DNA of 64,000 bases from an uncultured Alphaproteobacteria bacterium (GCA_942493205.1 OW818694.1:3441565-3505564); one strand, 5' to 3'; positions 18,721 to 27,590 are shown, counted from the first letter of the stretch. The notes: generated by a model from the sequence alone, not told the origin. A program made the numbers and translations.

Positions 18721-19836
18721 CTACCCCCGCAGCGCCTTCACCACCGAGCCATAGGCGGGCTTGGGCCGCCCCGCGTTGTCGAACATCAGCGGGGCGTCGC
18801 GGCTGTTCTCGCGGGTCAGCCAGCTGTCGCCGTCGCGCAGGCCCCAGACGGTGAAGGCGAACTGCTGGCGCTGCGGCAGGGCGGCGAAGGCGTCCATGGC
18901 CTCGCCGTACAGCGCCGCCTGCCGTCGCTCGGCGCCGGCGCGGTCGCCGCCCAGCAGGCCGCCGCCGACGACCGAGACGTCCAGCTCCGACAGGTGGATC
19001 GGCAGGCCAAATCCGGCCAGCGCCCTGAGCGTTCGGGTGATCGCCCCGGCGGGCAGGTCGGCGTCCAGGTGCGTCTGGCAGCCGATGCCGCCCAGCGGAA
19101 CGCCCTCGGCCAGCAGTTGCTCGATCAGCCGCAGGTAGCTGGCCAGCTTCGCCGGCTTGCTCTCCAGGTGGTAGTCGTTGGTGAACAGCACCGCCTGCGG
19201 GTCGGCGGCGCGGGCCGCCTCGAAGGCCACCCTGAAGTGGCCGACCTGGCCCAGCTTTCGGCTCCAGAGGCTGTCGCGCGGGCCGGAGCCGTCGTCCCGG
19301 ATCGGTTCGTTGACCACGTCCCAGCCCGAGGCCAGCCCGCGATAGCGGCCGACCATGGCGGTCACGTAGTTCGACAGGGCTCCGGCGAAACTCTGGCGGC
19401 TCTCGTCCAGCCGGACGAAGGCCTCGGGCTCGTTGGCGTACCAGACCAGCGTATGGCCGAAGAGCCGCATGCCCCGGTCGCGGGCGAAGGCGGCGATGGC
19501 GTCGGCGCGGTCGAAGCGGAACGATCCGTCGGCCTGGACCACGTACTCCATCTTCATCTCCCACTCGGCGGTGAGCTGGGTGAAGTGGCTGGCGGCCAGT
19601 GACGTCCACGACGGGTCGGTCAGTTGCGCGGCTTGCACCGCGACCCCGACGGGGAAGGGCGCGAGGGACTTGAGGGGTGGCGCGTCGACCGGCTGGGCGG
19701 CGGCGGGTTCACGGGAACAGCCGGCGAGGGTGATGGCGGCCCCGGACGCCAGAAGCGCCCGGCGGGAGAGCGTAGGGGACAGTTCAAGATGTCCCTTGGG
19801 ACACCTTGAACTGTCCCCGATGGAGCGTGTCTTCAC
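18721..19836 (-). CDS. glycoside hydrolase family 10 endo-1,4-beta-xylanase, Tat/lipoprotein signal
   Basis: WDVVNEP and IHLSELDV are the GH10 catalytic Glu motifs. SRRALLASGAAITLAGC is a Tat signal plus lipobox. The only canonical start upstream of the RR motif is GTG 19836, which overlaps the fliJ stop (GTGA). Confidence 0.85.
   Translation of the reverse strand: MKTRSIGDSSRCPKGHLELSPTLSRRALLASGAAITLAGCSREPAAAQPVDAPPLKSLAPFPVGVAVQAAQLTDPSWTSLAASHFTQLTAEWEMKMEYVVQADGSFRFDRADAIAAFARDRGMRLFGHTLVWYANEPEAFVRLDESRQSFAGALSNYVTAMVGRYRGLASGWDVVNEPIRDDGSGPRDSLWSRKLGQVGHFRVAFEAARAADPQAVLFTNDYHLESKPAKLASYLRLIEQLLAEGVPLGGIGCQTHLDADLPAGAITRTLRALAGFGLPIHLSELDVSVVGGGLLGGDRAGAERRQAALYGEAMDAFAALPQRQQFAFTVWGLRDGDSWLTRENSRDAPLMFDNAGRPKPAYGSVVKALRG
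19775..19818. repeat. 44-bp palindromic element, copy a (variant arms)
   Basis: ggggacagttcaagatgtcccttgggacaccttgaactgtcccc. It lies inside the 5' end of the xylanase ORF, 15 nt downstream of the fliJ stop. Confidence 0.9.
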
Positions 19837-20243
19837 CGCCCCGACATCCGCCGCAGGCCGAGCTCGTCGAGCGCGGCGGTGTCGCGACGGTCCTGTTCCT
19901 TGCGGGCGGCGGCGGCGTGGGCGTCGTTGACGTGCTCGTACTTCTTCAGCGCCTCGAAGGCCTCCGACAGCGCGTCGCGGGCGCCCGCCTCCTCGCGACC
20001 GATGGCGTCGATGTCGGCCTGGACGGCGGCCTTGCGCTGCTTGAGGCCTTCGCGGAAGCCGGCCAGGTACCAGCCGGCCTCGGCGTCCTGGCGGGCCCGC
20101 AGCAGTTCGGCCTCGCCCTCGGCCTCGAGGACGACCAGCCGCAGCTCGGCGGTGGTGCGCCGGTCGACGATCTCGGCCAGCCGCTTCTGCAGCATCTCGA
20201 CCTCATGGGTGGAGATGCGGATCAGGGACTTCATCGCCTTCAC
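19833..20243 (-). CDS. fliJ: flagellar export chaperone FliJ
   Basis: The 136-aa coiled-coil protein (..[30 protein letters not shown]..) lies immediately downstream of fliI, with a GTGA start/stop overlap. Confidence 0.8.
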   Translation of the reverse strand: MKAMKSLIRISTHEVEMLQKRLAEIVDRRTTAELRLVVLEAEGEAELLRARQDAEAGWYLAGFREGLKQRKAAVQADIDAIGREEAGARDALSEAFEALKKYEHVNDAHAAAARKEQDRRDTAALDELGLRRMSGR

Positions 20244-21577
20244 TGAACGCTACCCGTCAGAATGCCGTCGAGGCTGTTGAAGCAGGCGTCCAGCGTCGCG
20301 GTCTCGTCCTTGTCCTGCGACAGGAAGGCCTCCAGGTCCGGGTTCAGCGCGATGGCGCGGTCGATCTGCGGGTCCGATCCGGCGCGGTAGGCGCCGATGC
20401 GGATCAGCTCTTCCATGTTGCTGTAGGCCGACAAGGCCTGTCTTGCGGACTTCACGATCTCGCGCTCATGGGGCAGCTGACAGCCGGGCATGGTGCGACT
20501 TATGGACTTGAGGACGTTAATGGCAGGGAAGCGTCCGCGCTCGGCGATGCTTCTTTCCATCACGATGTGGCCATCGAGGATGCCGCGCACGGCGTCGGCG
20601 ATCGGCTCGTTGTGGTCGTCGCCGTCGACCAGGACGGTGAAGAGACCGGTGATGGGGCCTGCCGTCGTGCCGTCGGGCCGCACAGGACCGGGGCCGGCCC
20701 GCTCCAGCAGCTTGGGCAGCTCGGTGAAGACGGTCGGAGTATAGCCCTTGGTGGTCGGCGGCTCGCCGGCGGCCAGGCCGATCTCGCGCTGGGCCATGGC
20801 GAAGCGGGTCACGCTGTCCATCAGGCAGAGGACTTCCAGGTCCTGGTCGCGCAGAGCCTCGGCCACGGCCAGGGTCATGTAGGCGGCCTGACGGCGCTTC
20901 AGCGCCGGCTCGTCGGAGGTGGCCACGACCACGACCGCGCGCTTGAGGCCCTCCTCGCCGAGCGTCTCCTCGATGAACTCGCGCACTTCCCGGCCCCGTT
21001 CGCCGATCAGGCCGACGACGACGGCGTCGCAGTCAGCCTGGCGGGCCAGCATCGACAGCAACACCGACTTGCCCACGCCCGAGCCCGCGAAGATGCCCAG
21101 CCGCTGGCCCCGGCAGGTGGTGGTGAAGACGTTCATCGCCTTGACGCCCAGGTCCAGCCGCGCGCCGACCCGGCCGCGGGCGTGGGCCGGCGGCGGCGCG
21201 GCGCGCAGCGGATAGGACGCCTGGCCCTGGGGCAGGGGGCCCTTGCCGTCGATAGGCTGGCCGAAGGCGTCGACGATGCGGCCCAGCCACGCCTTGGTCG
21301 GCCGGACCAGGCCGCCGTCGGGCTGGATGCGGATCTCGGCCCCGGGCGCGACGCCCTCGACCGGGCCGAAGGGCATGAGCAGGGCGCGGGTCTCGCGGAA
21401 GCCGACCACCTCGGCCGGCAGGGGCGCGGCGCCCCGGCGCTCGATCTCGGCCCGCGCGCCGACCGGCAGGTGCGACAGGCCGCCCCGCGCCTCGATGAGC
21501 AGGCCGTTCACGGCCGCCACGCGGCCGGACACGGACAGCGGTTCGATACGCTCGACGGCGGCGATCAGACTGCGCAA
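20240..21577 (-). CDS. fliI: flagellum-specific ATPase FliI
   Basis: The Walker A motif reads [16 protein letters not shown]. ..[33 protein letters not shown].. follows. The apparent start is TTG at 21577. Confidence 0.95.
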   Translation of the reverse strand: MRSLIAAVERIEPLSVSGRVAAVNGLLIEARGGLSHLPVGARAEIERRGAAPLPAEVVGFRETRALLMPFGPVEGVAPGAEIRIQPDGGLVRPTKAWLGRIVDAFGQPIDGKGPLPQGQASYPLRAAPPPAHARGRVGARLDLGVKAMNVFTTTCRGQRLGIFAGSGVGKSVLLSMLARQADCDAVVVGLIGERGREVREFIEETLGEEGLKRAVVVVATSDEPALKRRQAAYMTLAVAEALRDQDLEVLCLMDSVTRFAMAQREIGLAAGEPPTTKGYTPTVFTELPKLLERAGPGPVRPDGTTAGPITGLFTVLVDGDDHNEPIADAVRGILDGHIVMERSIAERGRFPAINVLKSISRTMPGCQLPHEREIVKSARQALSAYSNMEELIRIGAYRAGSDPQIDRAIALNPDLEAFLSQDKDETATLDACFNSLDGILTGSVQ

Positions 21578-21622
21578 CGCGATGGCCCCGGATTACCCAG
21601 AGGCCATCATGGCAAGGTTGCT

Positions 21623-21630
21623 TTAACCAT
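21623..21630. promoter_or_regulatory. TTAACCAT CtrA half-site motif upstream of fliI
   Basis: An exact TTAACCAT lies 46 nt upstream of the fliI start, in a short lower-GC stretch. Confidence 0.35.
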
Positions 21631-21655
21631 AAATGAAGCGGCGGGCGGCCGCCCG

Positions 21656-22039
21656 TCAGCACTGCGTCAGACTGAGCACGTTGCCGTCCGGGTCGTTGAA
21701 CCAGGCCACCTTCGCCTTGCCGTCGGGCGAGGTCCAGACGCCCAGGGCGTCCTGGCCGAAGCCCTCGTAGACGGTCATGGTCACGCCCCTGGAGACCAGG
21801 GTTCCGATGGTCGCGGCGATGTCGGGGACCTCCCAGCCCAGCGCCGGATGGGCGGAGGCCTCGTAGCCGTCGATCTGGGTGATCCGCAGGAGGGTCCCGT
21901 TCAGGTCCAGCACGCTGGCGAACCCGTCGTCCGCGACCACCACCGGCAGGCCGAGCACCGTCGCGTACCAGGCCGTCGAGGCCGCGCGGTCGCGTGTGAG
22001 GATGAAGGTGATCACCTTCGCCGAAGCCAGACTGTCCAT
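21656..22039 (-). CDS. VOC/glyoxalase family protein
   Basis: The 127-aa protein reads ..ITFILTRDRAASTAWYATVLGL..VAWFNDPDGNVLSLTQ. Confidence 0.8.
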   Translation of the reverse strand: MDSLASAKVITFILTRDRAASTAWYATVLGLPVVVADDGFASVLDLNGTLLRITQIDGYEASAHPALGWEVPDIAATIGTLVSRGVTMTVYEGFGQDALGVWTSPDGKAKVAWFNDPDGNVLSLTQC

Positions 22040-22145
22040 TGGATTTGCTCCACCCGGAGTGCGTGACGGGTGAGACTTTTGCCTATTTCTGCGGTTCCGT
22101 CATGGCCCGACTTGTCCGGGCCGGCCATGAACGCCGCATGGGCGG

Positions 22146-22251
22146 TGCCTCCTTCGACAGGCCGCTGCGCGGCTGCTCAGGATGACTATGGAAGGTCGCC
22201 TTCAAACTCAGTCATGCTGAGCAGCGCCGAAGGCGCGTGTCGAAGCACGCA
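22146..22251. repeat. GTCATCC-type composite element (R-spacer-F)
   Basis: tgcctccttcgacaggccgctgcgcggctgctcaggatgac, a 24-nt spacer, then gtcatgctgagcagcgccgaaggcgcgtgtcgaagcacgca. Confidence 0.85.
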
Positions 22252-22318
22252 AGGATGTTCAGCTCACCATGCCCGGTTGGCCAACAATCCGGACCATGAC
22301 TGAGAGGGCTACGATCCC

Positions 22319-22810
22319 TCAGTCCTTGTCCGACCCCGCCAGGGCCTCGCCGACCGTGACGGCGTTCTCGTCCAGATGCACATGGCGCAGGTCGCCGGGG
22401 ATCAGGGCCTCGCCGCACTCCTGGCAGACGATCTTCGGCGTGAACGGCTTGCCGCAGTGATCATGGATGAACTGCACCGGCCCCGCGCCGGCGTAGACGT
22501 GCCGGTTGCCCCAGTCGGCCAGGGTCAGCAGCACCCCGCGCAGGTCCTGGCCCTTGGCGGTCAGCACATACTCGTTGCGGGGCGGGCGGGTGGAATAGGG
22601 GCGTGTCTCCATCACCCCGTGGGCCACCAGCGTCTTCAGCCGCGCGGCCAGCACGTTGCGCGCGACGCCCAGGTGCTCCTGCCACTGCTCGAAGCGGCGC
22701 ACGCCACGGAACGCGTCCCGCAGGATCAGGATCGTCCAGGGATCGCCCACGATCTCCAGCGTCCCGGCGATGCCGCAGGTCTGCTGCGAATAGTCCGCTG
22801 TTCTGCCCAT
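22319..22810 (-). CDS. HxlR family transcriptional regulator
   Basis: CGIAGTLEIVGDPWTILILRDAFRGVRRFEQWQEHLGVARNVLAARLKTLVAHGVMETRPY..EYVLTAKG. Confidence 0.88.
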   Translation of the reverse strand: MGRTADYSQQTCGIAGTLEIVGDPWTILILRDAFRGVRRFEQWQEHLGVARNVLAARLKTLVAHGVMETRPYSTRPPRNEYVLTAKGQDLRGVLLTLADWGNRHVYAGAGPVQFIHDHCGKPFTPKIVCQECGEALIPGDLRHVHLDENAVTVGEALAGSDKD

Positions 22811-22907
22811 GGCGCAACAATGTGGTTTCCCTAGGGGGAAAGCAACAGCGTTGTTAATCTGGACGAACCTGTCCAGCTTTCAGACGACTGGTCCCGCGCA
22901 CGGAATC

Positions 22908-24347
22908 TTATTGCACCTCCGTCGTCTCGCTCCCCGTGCCGCGCTCGCGGGCGGGCCTGTCGGGCGCGCCCTTGGGATTGGGCCTGGCGGGCTTCGCCTT
23001 CGGTGCAGGCGCGGCGGTCGGCTCCGCCGCGGGCGCGGCGGCCGGGGCCGGAGCGGGCGCAGCGGGCGCAGGAGCCGGAGCAGGGGCCGGGACAGGGCGC
23101 GGCCGTTCCGGACGCGGACGGGGCGCAGGCGGCGGGACCGGAGCGGGAGTCGCAACCGGGGCAGGGGGCGGCGCCTCCGGCGGCCGGACCGGTCTGGCCG
23201 GACGTTCCGGACGAGGCCTGACAATCTCCGGCGGCCGGACCGGTCTGGCCGGACGTTCCGGACGAGGCCTGACAATCTCCGGCGCGGGCGCGGGCGGCTC
23301 GGCGACGGGCGCCGGCGGCGGGACCGGACGAACCGGCCGCGGGCGCTCCGGACGCGGGCGGGCGGCTTCGGGCTGGGGCGCCGGTTGCTCGGCGACGGGC
23401 GGCCGCTCCGGGCGCTGAGGGCGTTCGGGACGCGGTCGCGGCGGAGGCGGAGGCGTCGGCGCGGGAGGCGGAGCCTCGACCACCGGCGGCCGTTCGGGCG
23501 CCGGGCGGTCCGGACGCCGGGGCCGGTCGGGACGGTCCGGGCGATCCGGACGGTCCCGGTCACGCACAACGGGCGGCGGCGGTGGCGTGACGACGGGCGG
23601 CGGCGTCGGCGCGGGCGGCGCGACCACAGGGGGCGGGCCGTCGGGGCGAGGCCGCTCGGGTCGCCGGCCATCGTCCCGGTCACGATCGCGCCCTCGGTCG
23701 CGGACATCATCGCGACGACGCCAGGCGCGATACTGCTCGTCGTCGAGGCGGCGGCGATCCTCGGCCTGACTGCGGCGCGCGGCGCGGCGCAGTTCCTCGG
23801 CCCGGGCGGCGTAGCGACCGGCCCACTCGGCGCGGCGACGCATCTCGTCCCGGGCCAGGGCGCGGCGGGTGCGGGCGTCATAGACCGTGACCAGCGCGCC
23901 GTCGTCGTAGCCGTACCAGTAGTCCGGATCCTGGACGAAGTAGGGTTCGTCCTCGCCGGGCCGGTAGTAGTATTGGCGCTCGCCGCCCCCGGCCAGGCGC
24001 TCGGTGACGCGGCGGACGTTCTGGCCGTCCATCCAGACGGCCGGAGCCTGATCGTCGTAGTCGTAGACATAGTCCGGGGGCGCGTCGCCCCAGGAGTCGT
24101 CGTAGTCGCGCGCCTCGCGCCAGTAGTCGTCGGCCTGGGCCGGGGCGAGGTCGGCCACGCGGGCGGCCGGCGCGGCCGGGAGCGCCTGCGGCGTGTCCGG
24201 CGCCATCGCCGCCGGCGCATCGTCGGCAGGAGCTGCCGCCGCCGTCGCTTCGGGAGCCGGCGCAGCGGGCGTGGGCGCCGGCGCGCGGTCACAGGCCGCC
24301 AGCAGGGCGGTCAGGGCCACTCCGGTCAGCAAAACGCGCAACTTCAT
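22908..24347 (-). CDS. lipoprotein with acidic Tyr/Trp-rich N-domain and long Pro/Arg-rich repetitive C-terminal half
   Basis: MKLRVLLTGVALTALLAAC is a lipoprotein signal. The C-terminal half contains ..DYVYDYDDQAPAVWMDG..YYYRPGEDEPYFVQDPDYWYGYDDG.., then repeated RPRPERP units. This frame was chosen over the overlapping 22880-24292 frame because of the signal peptide. Confidence 0.7.
   Translation of the reverse strand: MKLRVLLTGVALTALLAACDRAPAPTPAAPAPEATAAAAPADDAPAAMAPDTPQALPAAPAARVADLAPAQADDYWREARDYDDSWGDAPPDYVYDYDDQAPAVWMDGQNVRRVTERLAGGGERQYYYRPGEDEPYFVQDPDYWYGYDDGALVTVYDARTRRALARDEMRRRAEWAGRYAARAEELRRAARRSQAEDRRRLDDEQYRAWRRRDDVRDRGRDRDRDDGRRPERPRPDGPPPVVAPPAPTPPPVVTPPPPPVVRDRDRPDRPDRPDRPRRPDRPAPERPPVVEAPPPAPTPPPPPRPRPERPQRPERPPVAEQPAPQPEAARPRPERPRPVRPVPPPAPVAEPPAPAPEIVRPRPERPARPVRPPEIVRPRPERPARPVRPPEAPPPAPVATPAPVPPPAPRPRPERPRPVPAPAPAPAPAAPAPAPAAAPAAEPTAAPAPKAKPARPNPKGAPDRPARERGTGSETTEVQ
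23175..23284. repeat. perfect 51-bp tandem duplication (2.16 copies) inside the Pro/Arg-rich lipoprotein gene
   Basis: Position p equals p+51 from 23175 to 23233, checked base by base. The duplication encodes EIVRPRPERPARPVRPP twice. Confidence 0.9.
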
Positions 24348-24437
24348 CGTCGACGCTCCCAGTGTCCGGCCGCTGGCTGGACTTGCCCGATCAAACTAGA
24401 CGGCGCACATGACCCCTCGCTGAACAAGGAGCCCGCC

Positions 24438-25622
24438 ATGTCCCATGATCCTGTCGTGATTGCTTCCTACGCGCGTACCCCGATGGGGGGGTTCCAGGGC
24501 GCGTTGTCGGGCGTGAAGGCCACGGACCTGGGCGCCGCCGCCGTGCGCGCCGCGCTGGAGCGGGCCGGGGTGTCGGGCGACAGGGTCGAGCAGATCTTCA
24601 TGGGTTGCGTGCTGCCGGCCGGGCTGGGCCAGGCGCCGGCCCGTCAGGCGGCGCTGGCCGCCGGCCTGCCGCTGTCTGTCGAGGCCACCACGGTCAACAA
24701 GATGTGCGGCAGCGGCATGCAGGCCGCCATCATGGCCCATGACGCCCTGGCCGCCGGCAGCGCCGACATCATCGTGGCGGGCGGCATGGAGAGCATGACG
24801 AACGCCCCCTACCTGATGACCAAGCACCGCGGCGGGGCCCGCATCGGCCACGACACCATCAGCGACAGCATGTACCTGGACGGGCTGGAGGACGCCTATG
24901 AGCCCGGCCGACTGATGGGCTCCTTCGCCGAGGACTCGGCCCGCGCCTACCAGTTCACCCGCGAGGACCAGGACGCCTACGCCATCGAGAGCCTGACCCG
25001 GGCCCGCGCCGCCATCGATAGCGGCGCCTTCGCCGGCGAGATCACGCCGGTGACGGTGAAGACCCGCAAGGGCGAGGAGGTCGTCTCCATCGACGAGCAG
25101 CCGGGCAAGGCCGATCCGGCGAAGATCCCGACCCTGAAGCCCGCCTTCGCGAAGGACGGCACCATCACCGCCGCCAACGCCTCCTCGATCAGCGACGGCG
25201 CCGCCGCCCTGGTGATGACGCGGGAGAGCGTGGCGAAGGCCCTGGGCCTGCCCATCGTGGCGCGGGTCGTGGCTCACGCCGCCCACGCCCACGAGCCGGG
25301 TCAGTTCACCACCGCGCCGGTTCCGGCCATGCAGAAAGCGCTTAAGAAGGCCGGCTGGAGCGTCGAGGACGTCGACCTGTTCGAGGTCAACGAGGCCTTC
25401 GCCGTGGTCGCCATGATCGCCCAGCGCGAACTGGGCATTCCGCGCGAGAAGCTGAACGTCAACGGCGGGGCCACGGCTCTGGGCCACCCCATCGGAGCCT
25501 CCGGCGCGCGGGTGCTGACCACCCTGCTGGGGGCGCTGAAGGCGCGCGGCGGCACGAAGGGCCTGGCCAGCCTCTGCATCGGCGGCGGCGAGGCCACCGC
25601 CATGGCCGTCGAGCTGGTCTAG
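24438..25622 (+). CDS. acetyl-CoA C-acetyltransferase (thiolase)
   Basis: MSHDPVVIASYARTPMGGFQGAL..TVNKMCGSGMQAI..NGGATALGHPIGASGARVL..CIGGGEATAMAVE. This is the internal ATG of the long track ORF 22809-25622, preceded by the SD sequence AAGGAG. Confidence 0.95.
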   Translation: MSHDPVVIASYARTPMGGFQGALSGVKATDLGAAAVRAALERAGVSGDRVEQIFMGCVLPAGLGQAPARQAALAAGLPLSVEATTVNKMCGSGMQAAIMAHDALAAGSADIIVAGGMESMTNAPYLMTKHRGGARIGHDTISDSMYLDGLEDAYEPGRLMGSFAEDSARAYQFTREDQDAYAIESLTRARAAIDSGAFAGEITPVTVKTRKGEEVVSIDEQPGKADPAKIPTLKPAFAKDGTITAANASSISDGAAALVMTRESVAKALGLPIVARVVAHAAHAHEPGQFTTAPVPAMQKALKKAGWSVEDVDLFEVNEAFAVVAMIAQRELGIPREKLNVNGGATALGHPIGASGARVLTTLLGALKARGGTKGLASLCIGGGEATAMAVELV

Positions 25623-26185
25623 CCGGTCGCGCCGGGGCGCTGCCAGCGGCCATCGACCAGGACCAGCACCTCGCCGGGCTTCACGTCCGACGGGCATTCG
25701 CCCAGATGGCGGCCCGACACATCCTGCTTGGCGCCACGGGTCACGCCGTCGAGGCTGATCACCGAGTCCGCCTTCATGACGTAGGACTGCGCCAGGTCGC
25801 CGGTCAGCGTGCCTGAGCTGACGAACATGCGCCCGCCCCGTTCGCAGGCGATGTCGAAGGCGTGGCCCTCGGGCGTCTTGCGCCAGTCGCTGCGCGAACA
25901 GTTCCGGCGATCCATGCCCTGGGCGACGATGGCGCTCTGGCCCTGGATCTCGGGGTCGAAACAGGTGCGGACCTTGCCCTCCATCCCGGGCGTGCGGCTG
26001 GTCAGCTCCCAAAGGCCGCCCTGCACGGTCGGCGCGGCGTCGACCCCCGGCGGAACGGGTCCGGTCGGGGCCGGCGATGCGGCCGCCGCCGAGGCCTGGT
26101 CTCCCGGCGCCGCCGGCTTGTCCGCGCCCCGGTCGCAGGCGGCGAGAGTGAGCGCGACAAGGCAGACACCGGCGAGAAGACGCAT
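25619..26185 (-). CDS. DUF3617-like lipoprotein
   Basis: MRLLAGVCLVALTLAAC is a lipobox signal. GGLWELTS..CFDPE..C..DIAC.. is the pattern typical of DUF3617. Confidence 0.65.
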   Translation of the reverse strand: MRLLAGVCLVALTLAACDRGADKPAAPGDQASAAAASPAPTGPVPPGVDAAPTVQGGLWELTSRTPGMEGKVRTCFDPEIQGQSAIVAQGMDRRNCSRSDWRKTPEGHAFDIACERGGRMFVSSGTLTGDLAQSYVMKADSVISLDGVTRGAKQDVSGRHLGECPSDVKPGEVLVLVDGRWQRPGATG

Positions 26186-26260
26186 GGGGAGGCTCCAGAA
26201 CTCACGGACTCGCGACGATATCCGGGATCGCCCGACGGCGCGAGGCGCCTATAATGGGCC

Positions 26261-26533
26261 ATGGCCCACGTAACAGACAACACCGCCGCCGGCCGCTACG
26301 AACTGATCGAAGCGGACCAGATCGCCTACGCCGACTACCGGCTGGAGGGCGACCGCATGATCATCGACTATGTCTTTTCGCCGCCGGCCCTTCGCGGCGC
26401 CGGGACGGCCGGACGGCTGATGGAGGGGGTGGTCGCCGACGCCCGCCGCCGGAGCCTGAAGATTACCCCCCTTTGCGGTTATGCGGCGGCCTGGATCCGG
26501 CGCCATGATGGAGCCGTCGACCTGCTGGCCTAA
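26261..26533 (+). CDS. small GNAT-like N-acetyltransferase (YjdJ-type)
   Basis: The 90-aa protein reads ..RYELIEADQIAYADYRLEGDRMIIDYVFSPPALRGAGTAGRLMEGVVADARRRSLKITPLCGYA. Confidence 0.7.
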   Translation: MAHVTDNTAAGRYELIEADQIAYADYRLEGDRMIIDYVFSPPALRGAGTAGRLMEGVVADARRRSLKITPLCGYAAAWIRRHDGAVDLLA

Positions 26534-26591
26534 CGACGGTCTCTGTGTATGCTTGCAGCGCGTCGGCGCTTTCTCCTTGGGGGTAACTGCT

Positions 26592-27071
26592 ATGATGAAA
26601 TCCATGGTGACCGCCGGCGCGCTTGCGATCGCGGTCTCCTTCGCCGGCTCCGCCCAGGCGCAATCCTACATTTCCGACTGGGGCATCGCCGATATGCGCC
26701 AGGCGGTCATCGCGTCCGGCGCGACGGTGACGCGGGAAGACAACACCAAGGACCCGTACATCGCCGCCAAGACGGCCGCGGGCCTGAAGTTCACCATCAC
26801 CGGCCGGGTCTGTGACGGCGCGGACGGCGCCAAGCGCTGCAAGGGCGCCCTGTTCCAGACCAGCTTCACGATGGACAGCGACGCGGAAGTCGATGTCGCG
26901 GTGAAGAAGTGGGCGCCGCAGTTCGCCGCCACCTCCGTTTCGAACGACGGGTCAAAGGGGCTGCTGCTCTCGCGCTACATGATCTTCGACTACGGCATCC
27001 ATCGCGACAATCTCCGCCTCAACCTCCAGGTCTTCACGGGCATCGCCGAAGACATCTGGGGCGAAATCTAG
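26592..27071 (+). CDS. secreted YbjN-like domain protein, paralog 1
   Basis: The signal peptide reads MMKSMVTAGALAIAVSFAGSAQA. The body (..KFTITGRVC..KRCKGALFQTSF..LLLSRYMIFDYGIHRDNLRLNLQVF) fits the YbjN/sensory-transduction-regulator pattern. The family call is from recognition only. Confidence 0.55.
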   Translation: MMKSMVTAGALAIAVSFAGSAQAQSYISDWGIADMRQAVIASGATVTREDNTKDPYIAAKTAAGLKFTITGRVCDGADGAKRCKGALFQTSFTMDSDAEVDVAVKKWAPQFAATSVSNDGSKGLLLSRYMIFDYGIHRDNLRLNLQVFTGIAEDIWGEI

Positions 27072-27077
27072 GAACAC

Positions 27078-27569
27078 ATGGTGAAAATGATGATCAAATC
27101 TCTCGCCGTCGCCGGCGCGTTCATGATGGCGGCCGCCGCGACCCCGGCCGCCGCCCAGGGCAACCTGCTCAACGACTGGGGTCTCGATGACGTCAAGAAG
27201 GCGTTCGCCAACATCGGCGTGACCGTCACCGATTCCGGCACCGAGGAATCGGGCGCGCTCTACGTCTCCGGCAAGACGGCCGAGGGCATGAAGTTCCTCG
27301 CCTACGGAACGGTCTGCTCGGGCACGCCCAAGCGCTGCAAGGGTCTGAACCTCAGCGCCGGCTTCACCCTGGAAAGCAGCGCCGAAGTCGATCGCCGGGT
27401 CAAGGAAATCGACCGCATGGCCGTTGGCGTTCGCAACGGCGGCGAGAACTCGCTCGACGTGAACCGCTACATCATCTTCGACGACGGCATCACCCGGAAG
27501 AACCTCGAGATGAACATCCAGGTGTTCCTCGGCATCAGCGACGACATCTGGAACGGCGGCGGGACCTGA
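27078..27569 (+). CDS. secreted YbjN-like domain protein, paralog 2
   Basis: The signal peptide reads MIKSLAVAGAFMMAAAATPAAAQ. The protein is clearly paralogous to 26592-27071 (NDWGLDDVKKAF..KFLAYGTVC..KRCKGLNLSAGF..NRYIIFDDGITRKNLEMNIQVF). Confidence 0.55.
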   Translation: MVKMMIKSLAVAGAFMMAAAATPAAAQGNLLNDWGLDDVKKAFANIGVTVTDSGTEESGALYVSGKTAEGMKFLAYGTVCSGTPKRCKGLNLSAGFTLESSAEVDRRVKEIDRMAVGVRNGGENSLDVNRYIIFDDGITRKNLEMNIQVFLGISDDIWNGGGT

Positions 27570-27590
27570 TCGGGACGCCACGACCGTTGC

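Noticed and set aside
22880-24292. alternative 470-aa minus-strand frame over the Pro/Arg-rich region
   Set aside because: It has no signal peptide or structured domain. The overlapping 22908-24347 frame has a lipobox signal and an aromatic/acidic domain. All frames are open here because of the repeat composition.
22809-24437. N-terminal 543 codons of the 937-aa ORF that ends as thiolase
   Set aside because: This stretch is Arg/Gly-rich and antisense to the Pro/Arg-rich lipoprotein gene. Thiolase begins at the SD-preceded ATG 24438 (MSHDPVVIASYARTPMGG).
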